This document shows, in pieces, positions 1 to 13,264 of a stretch of 64,000 bases of DNA (positions within the stretch are counted from its first letter, which is position 1; the number at the start of each line of letters is the position of its first letter). The position numbers were made by a program, and so were the translations under genes. The DNA is from Octopus vulgaris (lineage: Eukaryota). Below the pieces are notes generated by a model. That model did no database searches and was not told the DNA's origin. It was given only the letters and a program-made list of their open reading frames with translations. Location of the stretch: assembly GCA_951406725.2 (NCBI GenBank), contig OX597832.1:13516001-13580000 (forward strand), read 5' to 3'.

Positions 1-2
1 GT

Positions 3-416
3 GGTAGATCGAACTGTGCAACATGTCCTAACCTATTGGAAGGATCAGAATTCTTCTTTAAAGAGGGACAGAAATTTAAGATCAAATCTAACTTTACTTG
101 TGCCTCTGAAAACATAATTTATGTTATTAAATGCTCGGGCTGCCACCAAGACTACGTGGGTTCCACGGGACTATCACTCAGGCGCAGATGCACACTGCAT
201 CGACAACAGATTGCATTCCCAGAATATAGAATGATACCTTTTAGTGAGCACATTGAGAAATGCGCAAAGCAACTACTGCCACAATTTTTAATCTTCCCAT
301 TTTACCAATGTGCTTTCGGATCATCAACACAAATGAGACTGAACAAGGAAACATTCTTCATTGAAAAGTACAAACCCAGACTCAACCATCCGAACATACT
401 GACACAGAGAAATTAA
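3..416 (+). CDS. C-terminus of Penelope-like element (PLE) polyprotein: Cys-rich linker + GIY-YIG endonuclease, 5'-truncated by window edge
   Basis: Open frame from nt 3: GRSNCATC...FTCASENIIYVIKCSGCHQDYVGSTGLSLRRRCTLHRQQI...FSEHIEKC...RLNKETFFIEKYKPRLN. IIY/YVG, catalytic R, H, E and terminal LN motifs of PLE GIY-YIG; the Cys knuckle is typical of the Neptune-type clade. Confidence 0.9.
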   Translation, partial: GRSNCATCPNLLEGSEFFFKEGQKFKIKSNFTCASENIIYVIKCSGCHQDYVGSTGLSLRRRCTLHRQQIAFPEYRMIPFSEHIEKCAKQLLPQFLIFPFYQCAFGSSTQMRLNKETFFIEKYKPRLNHPNILTQRN

Positions 417-551
417 CAAGGAAAAGGGAAAAAAAATTTTTAAGCGATTATTTCCCCTACACCGGAAAAATCACTCACTACCTCCCCTTATTTAGAAATC
501 TCCTGGAAATAAAAACAACGATAATTCCATGCAATATAAACATAACATCAC

Positions 552-591
552 AAGAAATTTGAAAAGCTACACGCGAAACCGGTAATTTCTT
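552..591 (+). ncRNA. Minimal type I hammerhead ribozyme motif (U3-A8 core variant)
   Basis: aagaaat|UUGAAAA|gc-tacac-gc|GAAA|ccgg|UA|atttctt: perfect 7-bp stem I, 2-bp stem II, palindromic ACCGGT stem III, GUA cleavage triplet. Confidence 0.65.
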
Positions 592-726
592 TAAAAATTT
601 TAAAATTATGTCATTTTAAGGAAAGGGAAAAAAAAAATTTTCCAATATTCTCCAGACATTTTGACACAAATATATATATTTTTTAACATTTAAGCCTTCT
701 GTCGTTTTTTCACACTTTACTATTTT

Positions 727-1021
<295 letters not shown>

Positions 1022-1029
1022 TAATCCTT

Positions 1030-1440
1030 CGTAATGTTTTGATAGTTTGATAAATGTCACACAGTTGGAGCACGACCGGGTGAGCGAGCTGAATCCGACA
1101 AAACCTTTTTTCAACTTGTGGTCTTGCATATTTGTGCAAGAATAACAAACACATGTGACTGACCTATGTTGTGCTCCTTTTCTACAAATATTTCCGCCAT
1201 GCTTCCAACTGACGTCAATACTTCTCAGCACGAGTTGTTTCGTTTCGTTTTAATATAACGTGATAGACGTCACTTTTCCCATCTAACCAAATATAGAGCA
1301 TAACTTTTTTAGTTTTATTCCTTTTTCAAGGATGGGCTATCTCTTATCATTACGTGCCAAACAATGTCTTCTTCGTTGGATATCATGTATATAGCACAAT
1401 ATAAATATTTTTTGAGATGATTCTAACCAGTTGAAAGGGC
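1030..1440 (-). pseudogene. Highly decayed mariner transposase (catalytic-domain region)
   Basis: Minus strand [39 protein letters not shown]...[12 protein letters not shown]...[13 protein letters not shown] resembles mariner KKVMLCVWWD..GVIYYELL..ETINAE.Y..QL...LHDNARPH...HPPYSPDLAPCDF. Confidence 0.6.
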
Positions 1441-4294
1441 AAAATAATCAGAAAAGAAAGAAAAAATGATTAGGATGTACGAAATATTGATAAAGTATTC
1501 TCAAACTGATCATGTCAGAAACGCGATAGTAATTTTTCCAGCCTAAAACACACATATATACATGCATGTATACACACAAACATACATACATACATACACA
1601 GCCATTCACCCCATTCACACACATATATATCCGCGTATGTGTGTATGGGTGAAAATCTCTTCGTACCAAAGGTGCGACATTATACTCATCGAAGGTTACC
1701 CAGATATGAAATATATTGCCATCTGGTTGTTTATATAACCTTATAAAATTTTACACTTGTCATGTTTTTATCTAGACTCCTTTACTTGATCAGTTGCACG
1801 TGGCATAACCCTCACTATATTACAGCAAATACGCTCAACTTCAAGGCCAGATTTTATAATGTCTCACCCATGTTTTTTCTTTTTAAATGCTTTACTTCAG
1901 CAATATTTTTGAATGAATTGTATTTTACACTAATACTGTTTCTTTAATGCATATTCTGATATTGATCTCTGAATCCTCATACTTTACTCCTGTTTCTGAT
2001 AAACCAACCTCTCTCGTTTCTTGGGTTTTGTTTTGTTTCCGAAATACGTTCAGTGACTAATGATCTCGGCCAGAATTCTTTTTACAATACAGCGTAATAT
2101 ATACATTTCCTTGCAGCTAACGTTTCCAATAATAAACGGTAGGATGAAACTGAAATTAATTTTTATGCATCGCTCCCAAACGACGTATGTTCGACCTGGT
2201 GACATGCTGATCAATCCTTTCGGGGCACATATCTAACAATTTTCCTTTAGATGCGATAATGACCTTTATAAACCCGTTGCTTACAAGATCACTAACATAA
2301 CAATAATCCGTTCTCTTTAAACCTTTTTTTTCCTGATTCTCCGAACATTTCAAAACACATAATATAATATATAAAACATGTCTGTAGTACCACCTAGACT
2401 CAATTTTCATTCCTTTGATACGTATATAACCATAGTATTCACATGTTTTTTTAAATGTCGGAATGGATAACTGTGGACATAATAGCACGCACGTTTTTAT
2501 ATAATGCTGCGAAAGAGCTTAATGTGCTTTTTTATGTATTTCTACATGAAATAGAACCTTAGAAATGAACATGTATGGTATTAGGATAGGATAATAAATG
2601 AATCATAAAACATTCTCGCTCGTTCTTTGAAGTTTTTTATGGAACGTTCATAATGATTACGAAATGAAATTTATATATGCTTTAAATTTCAAATTGTTAT
2701 TTGTTAGATTTTTCCGAAGAAAATTTATTTTACGTAATTTTATGAATCTTTTATATTTAGTTCACTCGATTGAATTTACTGCTTTTAAAATAAACCTATC
2801 TATATTCGCCTGAAATTTATTAATTTACATGTGAAGCAGAAGACAGAGGAACATAGAAGATGAAGCTAAAGCAATGCAAACAGTAGAGATGAGATATTGA
2901 ATCATAATTTTATTTTCGTATTTCTATTATCCATTCCAGCTGGATTATGAAGGAATTAAATCTATTTTCATTGTGACTCAGGGCACATTCATGAAACATA
3001 ATTATTTCAACATCTATAGATAGAAACATTATGCAAAATTCTCTCGCTGCTGTGGTACAATATTAGTAGCTCCACAAATAAACATAATGCTACTTAAAGT
3101 TAATTTATTCTATAGTTTTATAGAATTTGTTAATGCCGCTCTACAGTTATTTCACTAGTTCTTTAAACATTTCTCTCATGAATATGTAGATGGCATTTAA
3201 CATCGATCAAATAACATTCTCTGACAGGGAGTCTTTGAGGTTAAAGATTAAAATTTGGTGCAATTGTTCAGTTCATTCTTGGAGAAAAAGGATATATAGC
3301 TTTTTTTTTGTTTTTGTTGTATTTCATTCAATGCATACTGGATCAACCAATGATATATCCTTTGTTGAGAAATACAATTATCTAATTATAACTAAAGGGA
3401 AAGCTCGAAAGAGGGAAATATTATAACTGAAAACAAATAAGTACAAAAGAAATAAGTTTAATGTAATGATAAAAGGATTGAAAACATCTTATGCGGGTTT
3501 AGTGTTGTATAGCCACATGAGTCACTAGCTGACTGATTCTTTGCAAGCATGAACTGAATTCAGAAAACTGGTTAGCTAAATATTTAAATAGATTTATCTT
3601 GATCTGCTGAATAGTAGTAAAGCTTTGATATTTATACGTTTGCTAGCTAATATAATTTACATTACAGAGTGTCTACGTAATTTCAACCAGGTTTACTTGT
3701 TCAAAGTAATTAATTGCAAATGTATATGGAATAAAATTTCATATCGATCTTGTAATTTCTTATTCGATAAAAGAATCTATGATAATAATGCAAATGGCGT
3801 GATTCTCTTGATTGTGATACGCTCTCACGCGGATACCTAATTGTAGCTGCATATTATTCGAAGGTTACGTTTATTTCCGATACAATTTATCACCAAAACC
3901 CTTCTTTGTAGGAAAAGATTAAACATAATTCTTTTGTTCTTTAATGCTCATTTCATTTGAAAATATAAAGAAGTAAAATTAACTATATTTAACAGAAATA
4001 ACGAAACGGTAAAATAAGAAAGCATGCTTAAAAGGGAAGCTTGTTTTAAACTAAATTCAATAAAAGGAATGGTATTTCATTTTTAATATTGTTATAGTCA
4101 TGTACTCTAGTAATGGGACTCTCGAGTGATGAAGATATTTATGTTCAAATAATTGTGTCAAAGTACTTGTATATCTCAAAAATTTATGCTGATTAGATTG
4201 CTGTAAAGAGTAACAACTATACATTGCGTTGATATAAATAACATTGGCCAGCAATATAATTGGATGACATATCCTCGCGCACACACTGATACAT

Positions 4295-4335
<41 letters not shown>

Positions 4336-4639
4336 GACAGGTACACACACTTCCAGTAGTGGATGGTTAAAATGCTACACGTGAATTTCTACTTTCTTAA
4401 GTTTTGGGAGTAGCGTACACGTATAGTAAACAGTATGTTAAAAATCTATCCCCGCTCTTATTTACATTTTGCGGTTTTTAACACAATACAACCGTAAGAT
4501 ATATTTTCCTCGGACGAATATTGCAGTAAATCTGTTTTGCCGTGTAACTACATAAAGAATGGTAAAAAAAAAATAGCTAATCTAATATTGTTCCTTTTGC
4601 ATGGAACCCATCTTTATTTAACAACAGAGGATATTCATT

Positions 4640-4870
4640 CTTTGTTTTCCTATATCGGTGACGACATTTTTTGCCACAGAATGCGGATAGTTGTGAGAAC
4701 ATGCAACAAAGAATATCCAGCGTGATACGCATCCAACGATCTCATTAGGCTCTGGTAGGACGATTTCGACTTCCGTCTGCCTCCAATATATGCTTTTTTT
4801 ATAACAACATTCCATGGGATATATTTGGTCCAGAACAATGCTGCAGTAAATTCGCTATGGGCGTGTACAT
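4640..4870 (-). pseudogene. Possible very decayed Helitron RepHel fragment
   Basis: Pieces across frames (EFTAALF..KYIPWNV..KK..RRK; LLHVLTTIR) weakly recall Helitron FARTLLY..VPKYYTWN..K.W.RRK / RLLLHTIRGP. Weak. Confidence 0.25.
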
Positions 4871-5495
4871 ACATATAATACGATATCTATCTATCTATCT
4901 ATATATCTATTTATCTATCTATCTATCTATAACATAAATCTAGATAGGAAACCATTAACAAGAGATAATTTCATATTTATAGAATTCCCTACAGAAATAG
5001 AAATCTGATTATCGAATCCATAGTAATATCACATCACTGCAATCAACTTATAGCATAAACAGCCGAAGCTAAAAATCTGACGAAGCATAGAACGAACACT
5101 CTACGAACAAATGTAGTGGAACGGTGAGAATCTGTACAAATATAAGTTGTCGACTATCAAAGGGGGTGCAGCAACGCCAAAACTGACCTTATCTCTGAGG
5201 ACGAAGCTGAAATAACCTAGGAAACATTACGAGAAATGTTACGGTGGGGAATTTATCCTTCCAAGGATACACGCATGCAAAATTCTTTAGGAAAAGATCA
5301 AATTAGAAAATTGTCGTGATTTCAATATATGATTTAAAATGAAGCTGTTCTCCATGTACGCTAATATATGCATACGTAATTATATACACAAATGCGTTGG
5401 GATATAAATGTGTATAAATTAATATATGTATTTATATATGCATATATTTATCTATCTGCCTGTCTATTTCTATGTGCGTGTGGATATGTGTGTGT

Positions 5496-5497
<2 letters not shown>

Positions 5498-5585
<88 letters not shown>

Positions 5586-5630
5586 GTATATATATATATA
5601 TATATGTATGTATATATATATATATATGCA
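5498..5630. repeat. (TA)n/(TATG)n microsatellite
   Basis: Seen directly. Confidence 0.95.
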
Positions 5631-8600
5631 TACATAAATGTATGAGCATAAAGAGATCAAAGTGAAATTTCTATTTTGTGATAATCAAATATGTACATGC
5701 ATCCATACGGGCAATATTTTTACTTTTGTGTCATCATCTCCTATTTGTGGCATGTTAATATTACGCATATACAAAGCAAATCGCGTTTTCTGGAATGCCT
5801 TCATTCCGTATGAATCGATATATCTAATTAGGTATGCACGAAATGCAAGCGAGTTAGAAATATCGTTATCAATTTCAAGGAGAAAATAATTGGATAACGA
5901 TATTTCACTGAGTATGCATTCATAGTTATTGATGATGTAGTGAAAGTTGGTTTGCATAATTGTGGCATCTATGTACACAGACAATTTTCTGTGTTGTGAC
6001 AACGTTTATCATGTTGAAATTTCTCCTCTTAATTTGCATGTCTTTATATTTGTATATTTTATGATTTTTAATATTCCATGTATCCATGGATGTTTGTTTA
6101 TATCTATTCCTATGACAAGTTCTGTATCTGTCTGTATGTTTCCCTTTCTCTCTCTCTTTCTCGCTGTCATATATCTATATAATCGACGACTGTATTACGA
6201 TTCCATGTATTAAAATTTTATTTATATTAAATAGAATTTTTTATTCATAATTTGCATTTATATAAAGTAGATGTACTTATATCCATCTGTCTCAGCTTGA
6301 CTATCTGTCTGTGAAAATCTTCCATTATCACCACTTGTCTCTTTGCCTATCGCGTAGGTGTATCAATACATACATATACACATTCAGATAGACATACACC
6401 AATATATTGATATCCACATACACATACAGATATCTATTCATGCATATATAATAGTACATTATTCATTTGTTATGTGTGTGCGTGTGTATGTGAGTGTGTT
6501 TATTTATGTGTGTGTCTACGTGCGTGTAGGTATGTATATTTGTTTTATGTGTGTATTAAGCACTCATCCTTCTAATATCTCTCTAACAAATTTTGTATGT
6601 CTATTGATGCAATGCGACTGCCCGAATTCTTCTGTGTTCATTCTTTGATGTATACAGATCATTTAGATATCTTTGCAGCTTTTCATAATAGCGCTTGTAT
6701 CTTTCACCTGAATTGCAGAAATCTTATTGGCTTCTTTGAATATGCTACGCGAGAATGTTTGCAATAATCAGCAGAATTCCTTTATCTATAAACTACCTGT
6801 AGTGACATGATTAGCCAGATCCCTTAATGACGTCTATTGTATACAAAGTTGTATTTCATAACGCATTGGTTGGATGGTTATACGAGTGATTTATTTTGAC
6901 TAGCGTCAGGGTCAACTTTTTGAACAGGCGTTTTGAAGTCGACATAATGGACTAAATTATAAATTATATACGAACGGTGACATGGAGATGAAAGGGAGAA
7001 TGTCGATAACTACAATATTAGTGACAAGTATATCGAGACCCTAATCCAGATGGTGAGTGATACAGTGCTTCATAATTCTGATTCTTGTATGTAGAACTAT
7101 ACATTAAATTATAGCATGCATATTAAATTATAGCATATACATTAAGCACATATAGTACACAGTCTGTTTTAAATGATTAGAGTGAAAGAATCTGAGCAAA
7201 TATTCAGTGGTACCTAGAACGAATTGCACCGAAATGAAAATGATATTCTATAAATAATGAGAGGTGGCTGTCTTGTTTCTTAAAATGGAAATTAAATAAA
7301 AGTTTGTGCAGTTTCCTTTGTCGGAATATTTCCGCACTTAAGTATTGAGTTGCTAGCAGTATAACTATGAATGGAAACAGGAATGGGTCAATATAAAATG
7401 CTACAGGTTATTTCCTGAAGATTTGAAATTTATTTCTATCCTCATGCATAATTGGTGCAGTTTCATAGAATTCTTAAGAATCTAGAATGTGACGTGCTGG
7501 AAAATGTTGGCGGTAACTTCATAGTCTGTGCGCTACAACTGATATTGAGAATGTCCAACTATAACTGTTGTGTTAAAGATAACTCCTACCTCCATACATA
7601 CACGTCGACAAGAACAGGAAAGCAACAGTAAAAATCTACAGACGGACGACGGGCACATACATACATAAAGTTCTTGCAAATATATAAGTTTATATATACC
7701 AGGTGTACCTTTAGAATTTCAAAAATTCAGAAAACTTTTGCAAGTTTAAACCACCTTTATAGGAAAACATAATCAATGTTTTATTAAAAGTATCAATATA
7801 CTTCCATGTCGGCTCAAATGGTTGCACGTAAAATGATTGATGGATCGCAACTGTCGTAGATACAATAAACTGTGGAAATTGTAAAGATAATTTGTCAACA
7901 TACTGTACATGTGTGTGTGTGCTTATGTTTGTGTATGTGTGTATGTTTGTCTGCGCGTGCTGAACGTGCTTTTGTGTGTGTGTGCGTGTGCTCGCGTGTG
8001 TGTACCATTAAAGTATCTTACAAATATGTATGGTATGCTTGCCTCTGCGTTTGGTAGCTTTTGTATGTTCATTTATTTTCGGATATTAATAAGGTTTGTT
8101 CATTTATGAACACTTTACTCAAGCATCTCTAACCCTCGCCCCTTCTGTTCTCGTCCCTTGTCCCTTCGAATTCCATACAAAACACAAATATTTCCCCCTC
8201 TTCTCAGAATGATGAACCTCTAACAGTCACCCAACCTCTATTCTGCCATTCTTGTAAATGCTGGCTGTTAATTGTCCATGAATAACATTGGTTAAAGAAG
8301 CATCACTGATCTCAGATGTGATACATAGCCTTGAAATTAGATTATTTTCACCTAAAATATAAACGAACTTTTTAGATCTTCCTAGTTATTCTGCATGAAT
8401 TACAGGAAAGCAAACCCGTGCTGAGTATTCCTGAAGCTTTATCCAATATTACAAATATGTGCTGCATTACATCATGGAAATATTTTTTTACGAGTATACA
8501 CATTTCATGATTTGACCAACGAAACACATTTCCAGGATATCTACTGACAAAAAGAATTTAAGCCTCAACAATTTGTATATTAAACATGCAGGTAGGATAG

Positions 8601-9413
8601 ATTATGCAATTAAATTTTCCATAATTTTTGCAATTATTGTGAGATATTTGAAATTTAGCTGCTATTTCTAGCATGTCTATTTTCATCGTAGAAGTATTGG
8701 GTATAAATATATGTAAACATTAATAGTATTAATTTATCAGATGAGATGTACTTCAGCAAAGTTTCGTTTGCTTACAACAATTAATGGCTTCTTTGCATGT
8801 GTGTTTACACCTATTGTAAACTATAAAGATTCTGCTGAAAAACAGCATTCACATAGCTTCTGATAATAAAACAATATTCACATATCTTCGTTGTATAATA
8901 TAATCCCTTTCATAATATTCCTTTGATTGCCAAAGTTTATTAAAAAATTAAATGCCTCTTACATTTGGTAAATATATTATAAAATTATTTCATAATGAAA
9001 ACTTTAATCCATTCTCAATTATCTAGATACTATGGGAAACAGATGCTGTTCAGATGTGTCTATGCTGAAAATTTCTTTATAGTTATTCAAAGTCAACATG
9101 GTAACCACTAACACACTTCAAGCGGAATTACATTAATCACATCGGATTTAAAACCCACACAAGTCCTATCCAAAACAGCTGTAAAATAACATTCAATCTT
9201 TGTTTAGTTTGTGTTCGTATTATGTTTCTTAAATTTCTTCAATTTCATAATTTACATTCTGACAATGTCTAGTGGTCTGTTTTCTCATATAAATTTAGAG
9301 GTTTCGGAAATATATTAACCGCAAACTAATATAATTTCGCATATTTATTTTAATATTTTTATGTGTGTTATTTCTGATTCTTTAATTATTTTGAGATCTT
9401 GGAGATAAAAGTT

Positions 9414-9575
9414 AATGATGATATTGATGAAGATAATTCTTATGAAGTAAACGATGATTATGATGGAGATAACGAGAGTAATGATAATGACAATGATGTA
9501 AGCGATGGTGGCAGCGGTTACAATGACGACAACGACGACGCCGAAGAGGATGATGCCAACGATGACGATGACGGG
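9414..9575. repeat. Degenerate (GAT/GAC/AAT)n trinucleotide tract
   Basis: Explains the Asp-rich ORF 9399-9719. Confidence 0.85.
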
Positions 9576-9676
9576 GTTGTGGAGAAGGAAAAGTATCAAG
9601 ATGGGAAGCAGCATAAGAGCAATGGGTTTTATCGGAAGTCTTTTATTGTAGTTATTACTTTGCTTATTCTTAAATC

Positions 9677-9796
9677 GGTGCGATGGAGGAATCGTTTGCA
9701 CGCCGGAAAAAACTCATAGCAGCATTAATTCCGTCTTAATGGAGTTCAATGTTCGCCGAGATCAACTTTGGTTTTCAATTTTCGGGACTGATAATA
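9677..9796 (+). mobile_element. SINE family B, decayed 5' part
   Basis: aatcgtttgcacgccgg...gagttcaa...cgccgagatcaactttg..tttc..ttttcggga matches the B consensus; truncated by a mariner end. Confidence 0.6.
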
Positions 9797-10150
9797 TATT
9801 GGGTTGTCCGGAAAGTTCGTGCCGATTTTTAAAGGAAAGAAAAAGGTCAATAAATACTATTACTTGTTGAATCAACCAAATATGAACCATTTTGTTGCAC
9901 AATGCGTCTCCATCTTTCCATTAACTTGAAAATAACCTCTTACCAGAATTGAAGTGGTTTCATGGCAAAGAATTCATCAATGTATCTTTTTTATGTCATC
10001 GAAGGAATTGAAATTTCTCACCATTAAGGCTATTCTGCAGAGACCTTAATGAGTAGAAATCCGAAAGAGCAATATCTGGTGAATATTGAAGGGTGAGGTA
10101 AAACATATCAGCCCAGCTGCAGCAATTTTTGTCTGGTTCTCAAAGCATCA
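9797..10150 (-). mobile_element. Mariner transposon 3' end with TIR and transposase C-terminus
   Basis: TA + TIR-like tattgggttgtccggaaagttcgtgccgattt at 9797. Minus strand KLLQLG*YVLPHP..SPDIALSDFYSLRSLQNSLNGEKF...IDEFFAMKP matches the mariner HPPYSPDLAPSDF motif. Confidence 0.88.
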
Positions 10151-11034
10151 AGTGCCAAAAATGAACTTTCTTATCTTCCATTTTAAGGGGTTACGGAATT
10201 AACACAGGTTATAGGATGTAATACTGAAACTCAGGATGTAAAGCTGAAAGAAATGCCACAAAGCATTTTGGTGAGCAAGCTAACAATTCTATAAGTTCAT
10301 CATATTAAAATCAACTAACATGAAAGCTGGAAAATTATAGAGAACCAAATTGAATATCGATTGACAATCAACCTGCATAAATGCAAAATGAGAAAATTGC
10401 CAAAAGACAAAATATGATTACTAATAATGATGATCGCACCGGGCTAAATAACAAACATGAACGTACGTGATACATCTCAAAGAACATTTCGATGCTATCT
10501 TCAGATTGGTGAACTTCTATGTCTATAGCTCCCACACTGAACTGTATTTTGCTAAAGAAAATGATGTTGCTGATCATTTACCACACATTCCCCCACGAAT
10601 TTCACAACGTACAGTTTCTTTATATCGTCATGGATACATATATGTAACTGCATTTAATATATTCACAAGCAATTAAAACGCACTGAGTTGTTTTGCTCTG
10701 TACTCAGATTCAAAATCATTGCTCATCCTACCAGATGCTCACTCTCCAAATGAAGCTGTATTTGGTATCTGCATCGAAGAAAGCAACACGAAAAGCAATT
10801 CCACATCAGCAGAATTGCACCTATCATTTTACAAGGTAGAGATTGCTCACATATATGCTTGTGCGTATATGATAGTTTGAGGCAGAGAAGTATAGGATTT
10901 GTAGACGTATTATAGCTGTGCAGCAGTTCATCCATTGAAACTTTACTTAAATTCCATTTAAAATTATATTTTTCAACCCATCTCTTTGTTCGTGCTTTGA
11001 AATTTTAATGGAGCGATTTTCATGTGCATGTTTC

Positions 11035-11425
11035 GCAGTTTGAGCAGGCGGAATCATCAATGCGTTGGAAAAGATACCTAGCAGCAGTTATCTCAACAGT
11101 ACGTTCTGAATTCAAATACTACCCAGTATCGACTTTGACTGTCTTACCTTCGAGAGCAATACAATTAGTACCAGTTCAACACAGGGTTTGATTTAATCGA
11201 CTTACTTCTCCCTGAAATTGTTAGCCTCATGCCAACATTTGAATTAAGCATTTGTTTTAAATTTTGGTACATTACTAGCAGTTAAATGGACCCCAGTGCT
11301 CAACTGGTTCTCATCGCCCCCGAAGGCATAAGAGTCAAAGTCGACCTCGGTGGAACGTAACGATGGACGAAATGCCACTAAGCATTTTAACCGGCACGTT
11401 AACAATTCTGCCTGCTCACCGCCTT
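11035..11425. mobile_element. Two decayed SINE-B copies tail-to-tail (+ ~11035-11245; - ~11283-11425)
   Basis: acgttctgaattcaaa...tcgacttt (+); aaagtcgacctcggtggaa...ctgcctgctcaccgcct (-). Confidence 0.7.
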
Positions 11426-11586
11426 ATTTCAAGCTGATATTGATGAAAATGATTTTATTATCAGATTTCCTGCATCTTCAAAGGCTCTATACTTAGTATA
11501 TTATTTCGTTATTTTTGCGTATACTTTAGGCTATAACATTACGCTTAGCAGATGACTAACTTTATTCAATATTTCTATGCACACAC

Positions 11587-11643
<57 letters not shown>

Positions 11644-11999
11644 CATATATAAATAATGTGTGTGTATGTATGACGTAGGAACTAGCAAAAAGTAATTACA
11701 TGGAATTATTTACAATCAATCTAGATGATTCAATGATAAAGCCTTCATATGAAAAATGATTTTTAACCGATGTCCTTGAAATAGATCAAGAGTTACCAGA
11801 AAAAATGATCAATACTTTTGGTCAATTCAGCAGTCAATCAGCACCAAAACCACCACCGCCTTCGTCGCCGCCAGCATCAACACCACCACAGCAGCAACAA
11901 CAACAACAACAATTAGAAAACAAAAAACAACATTAAAACACCACCAACAGCAGCCACAAAAGCAAGTGCAACAACATCACTAATAATAAGAATTGTTTT

Positions 12000-12320
12000 G
12001 ACCATGTACAAGGCATTTTATATTGAGAGAGGGACAATGTAAAGTACACCGACCCAATCGTACTTATTTCCTTAAACTCCAAGGGATGGAAGGAAAGCTC
12101 GACCTCGGCAGTATTTGAACTCGAAATGTAAACACACGAAATGCTAAAATTGGGGTAGTGTGTTAAGTTGGTTTCATTAACTCGAACTTAATTCGTTAAA
12201 TCCGAAAACGTTGAAGGGCAAACCGATCTTGGCGGAATTTGAAATCAACGCAGCAGCAGACGAAATACCGGTAAGCATTTCGCCCGGATTACTAGCAATT
12301 CATCAAGTTCACCTACTTAA
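12000..12320 (-). mobile_element. Two decayed SINE-B fragments
   Basis: gacctcggcagtatttgaactc; ggcggaatttgaa...gcagacgaaataccggtaagcatttcgcccgg. Confidence 0.7.
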
Positions 12321-12337
12321 TAATAATAATAATAATG

Positions 12338-12387
<50 letters not shown>

Positions 12388-12390
12388 AAT

Positions 12391-12603
12391 ACTCTCTCTT
12401 TACTCTTTTACTTGTTTCAGTCATTTGACTGCGGCCATGCTGGAGCACCACCTTTAATCGAGCAACTCGACCCCGGGACTTATTCTTTTGTAAGCCCAGT
12501 ACTTATTCTATCGGTTTCTTTTGCCGAACCACTAAGTAACGGGGACATAAACACACCAGCATCGGTTGTCAAGCAATGCTAGGGGACAAACACAGACACA
12601 TAA

Positions 12604-12679
<76 letters not shown>

Positions 12680-12841
12680 GACGGGCTTCTTTCAGTTTCC
12701 GTCTACCATATCCACTCACAAGTCTTTGGTCGGCCCGAGGATATAGTAGAAGACACTTTCCCAAGGTGCCAAGCAGTGGGACTGAACCCGGATTCATGTG
12801 CTTGGTAGACAAGCTACTTACCACACAGCCACTCCTGCGCC
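12391..12841 (-). mobile_element. SINE family A (tRNA-derived, octopus OK/OR-like), full length, inserted in (AAT)n
   Basis: Head ggcgcaggagtggctgtgtggtaag (A box)...gggttcagtccc (B box), CORE-like ttggg(c/a)aagtgtcttct, internal (TA)n(TG)n, tail ctgaaacaagtaaaagagta. Confidence 0.92.
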
Positions 12842-13264
12842 TATAATAATAATAATAATTACGATGATGATGATGATGATGATGATGATGATAATGATGA
12901 TTGCGGCGGCTCCGGGCTAAATAACAACATCGACGTACACTAAGAATCTCTCTCTCCACAAAACAAGCTTGAACCAATAAAATCGGTGCAATGGAAGGGA
13001 AACTTCCCGATACAACTGTGGGTAAATGTTCTCTTAAATTAAAAGCCCTAAAAATTCGGAAAGATTTTTTATCAAATATGTTGTAATTTCTATGTTAAAT
13101 GTGCAATATCTCAATGGGACACTCTCAAGAAATCGAAACCAGAACGAGGAACCTTGGAAAAACACACCAATTACACAGTAAGTGCATAAATGGAATAATT
13201 AAGTACATGCAACTCTCCCTACATCCATGTGCGCATGCTAATATTTACAGGCAAAATAAATAAA

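Larger units (their letters stand above)
1..728 (+). mobile_element. Penelope-like retroelement 3' end (EN + 3' UTR/pseudo-LTR) ending at a (TA)n tract
   Basis: GIY-YIG ORF, then a UTR with short direct repeats (aaggaaa(a)gggaaaaaaaaatttt at ~418 and ~618) and a hammerhead motif, ending at (TA)n. Confidence 0.75.

Noticed and set aside
2156-2488. 110-aa non-repetitive ORF on the minus strand
   Set aside because: No motif recognised; length compatible with chance.
9399-9719. Asp-rich 106-aa ORF resembling an acidic biomineralisation protein
   Set aside because: Degenerate (GAT)n tract running into a SINE; TTG start, no signal peptide and no splice support.
10708-10835. Possible exon (tactcag|...aag|gtagag) with two open frames
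   Set aside because: No recognisable protein similarity and a weak donor; needs RNA-seq.
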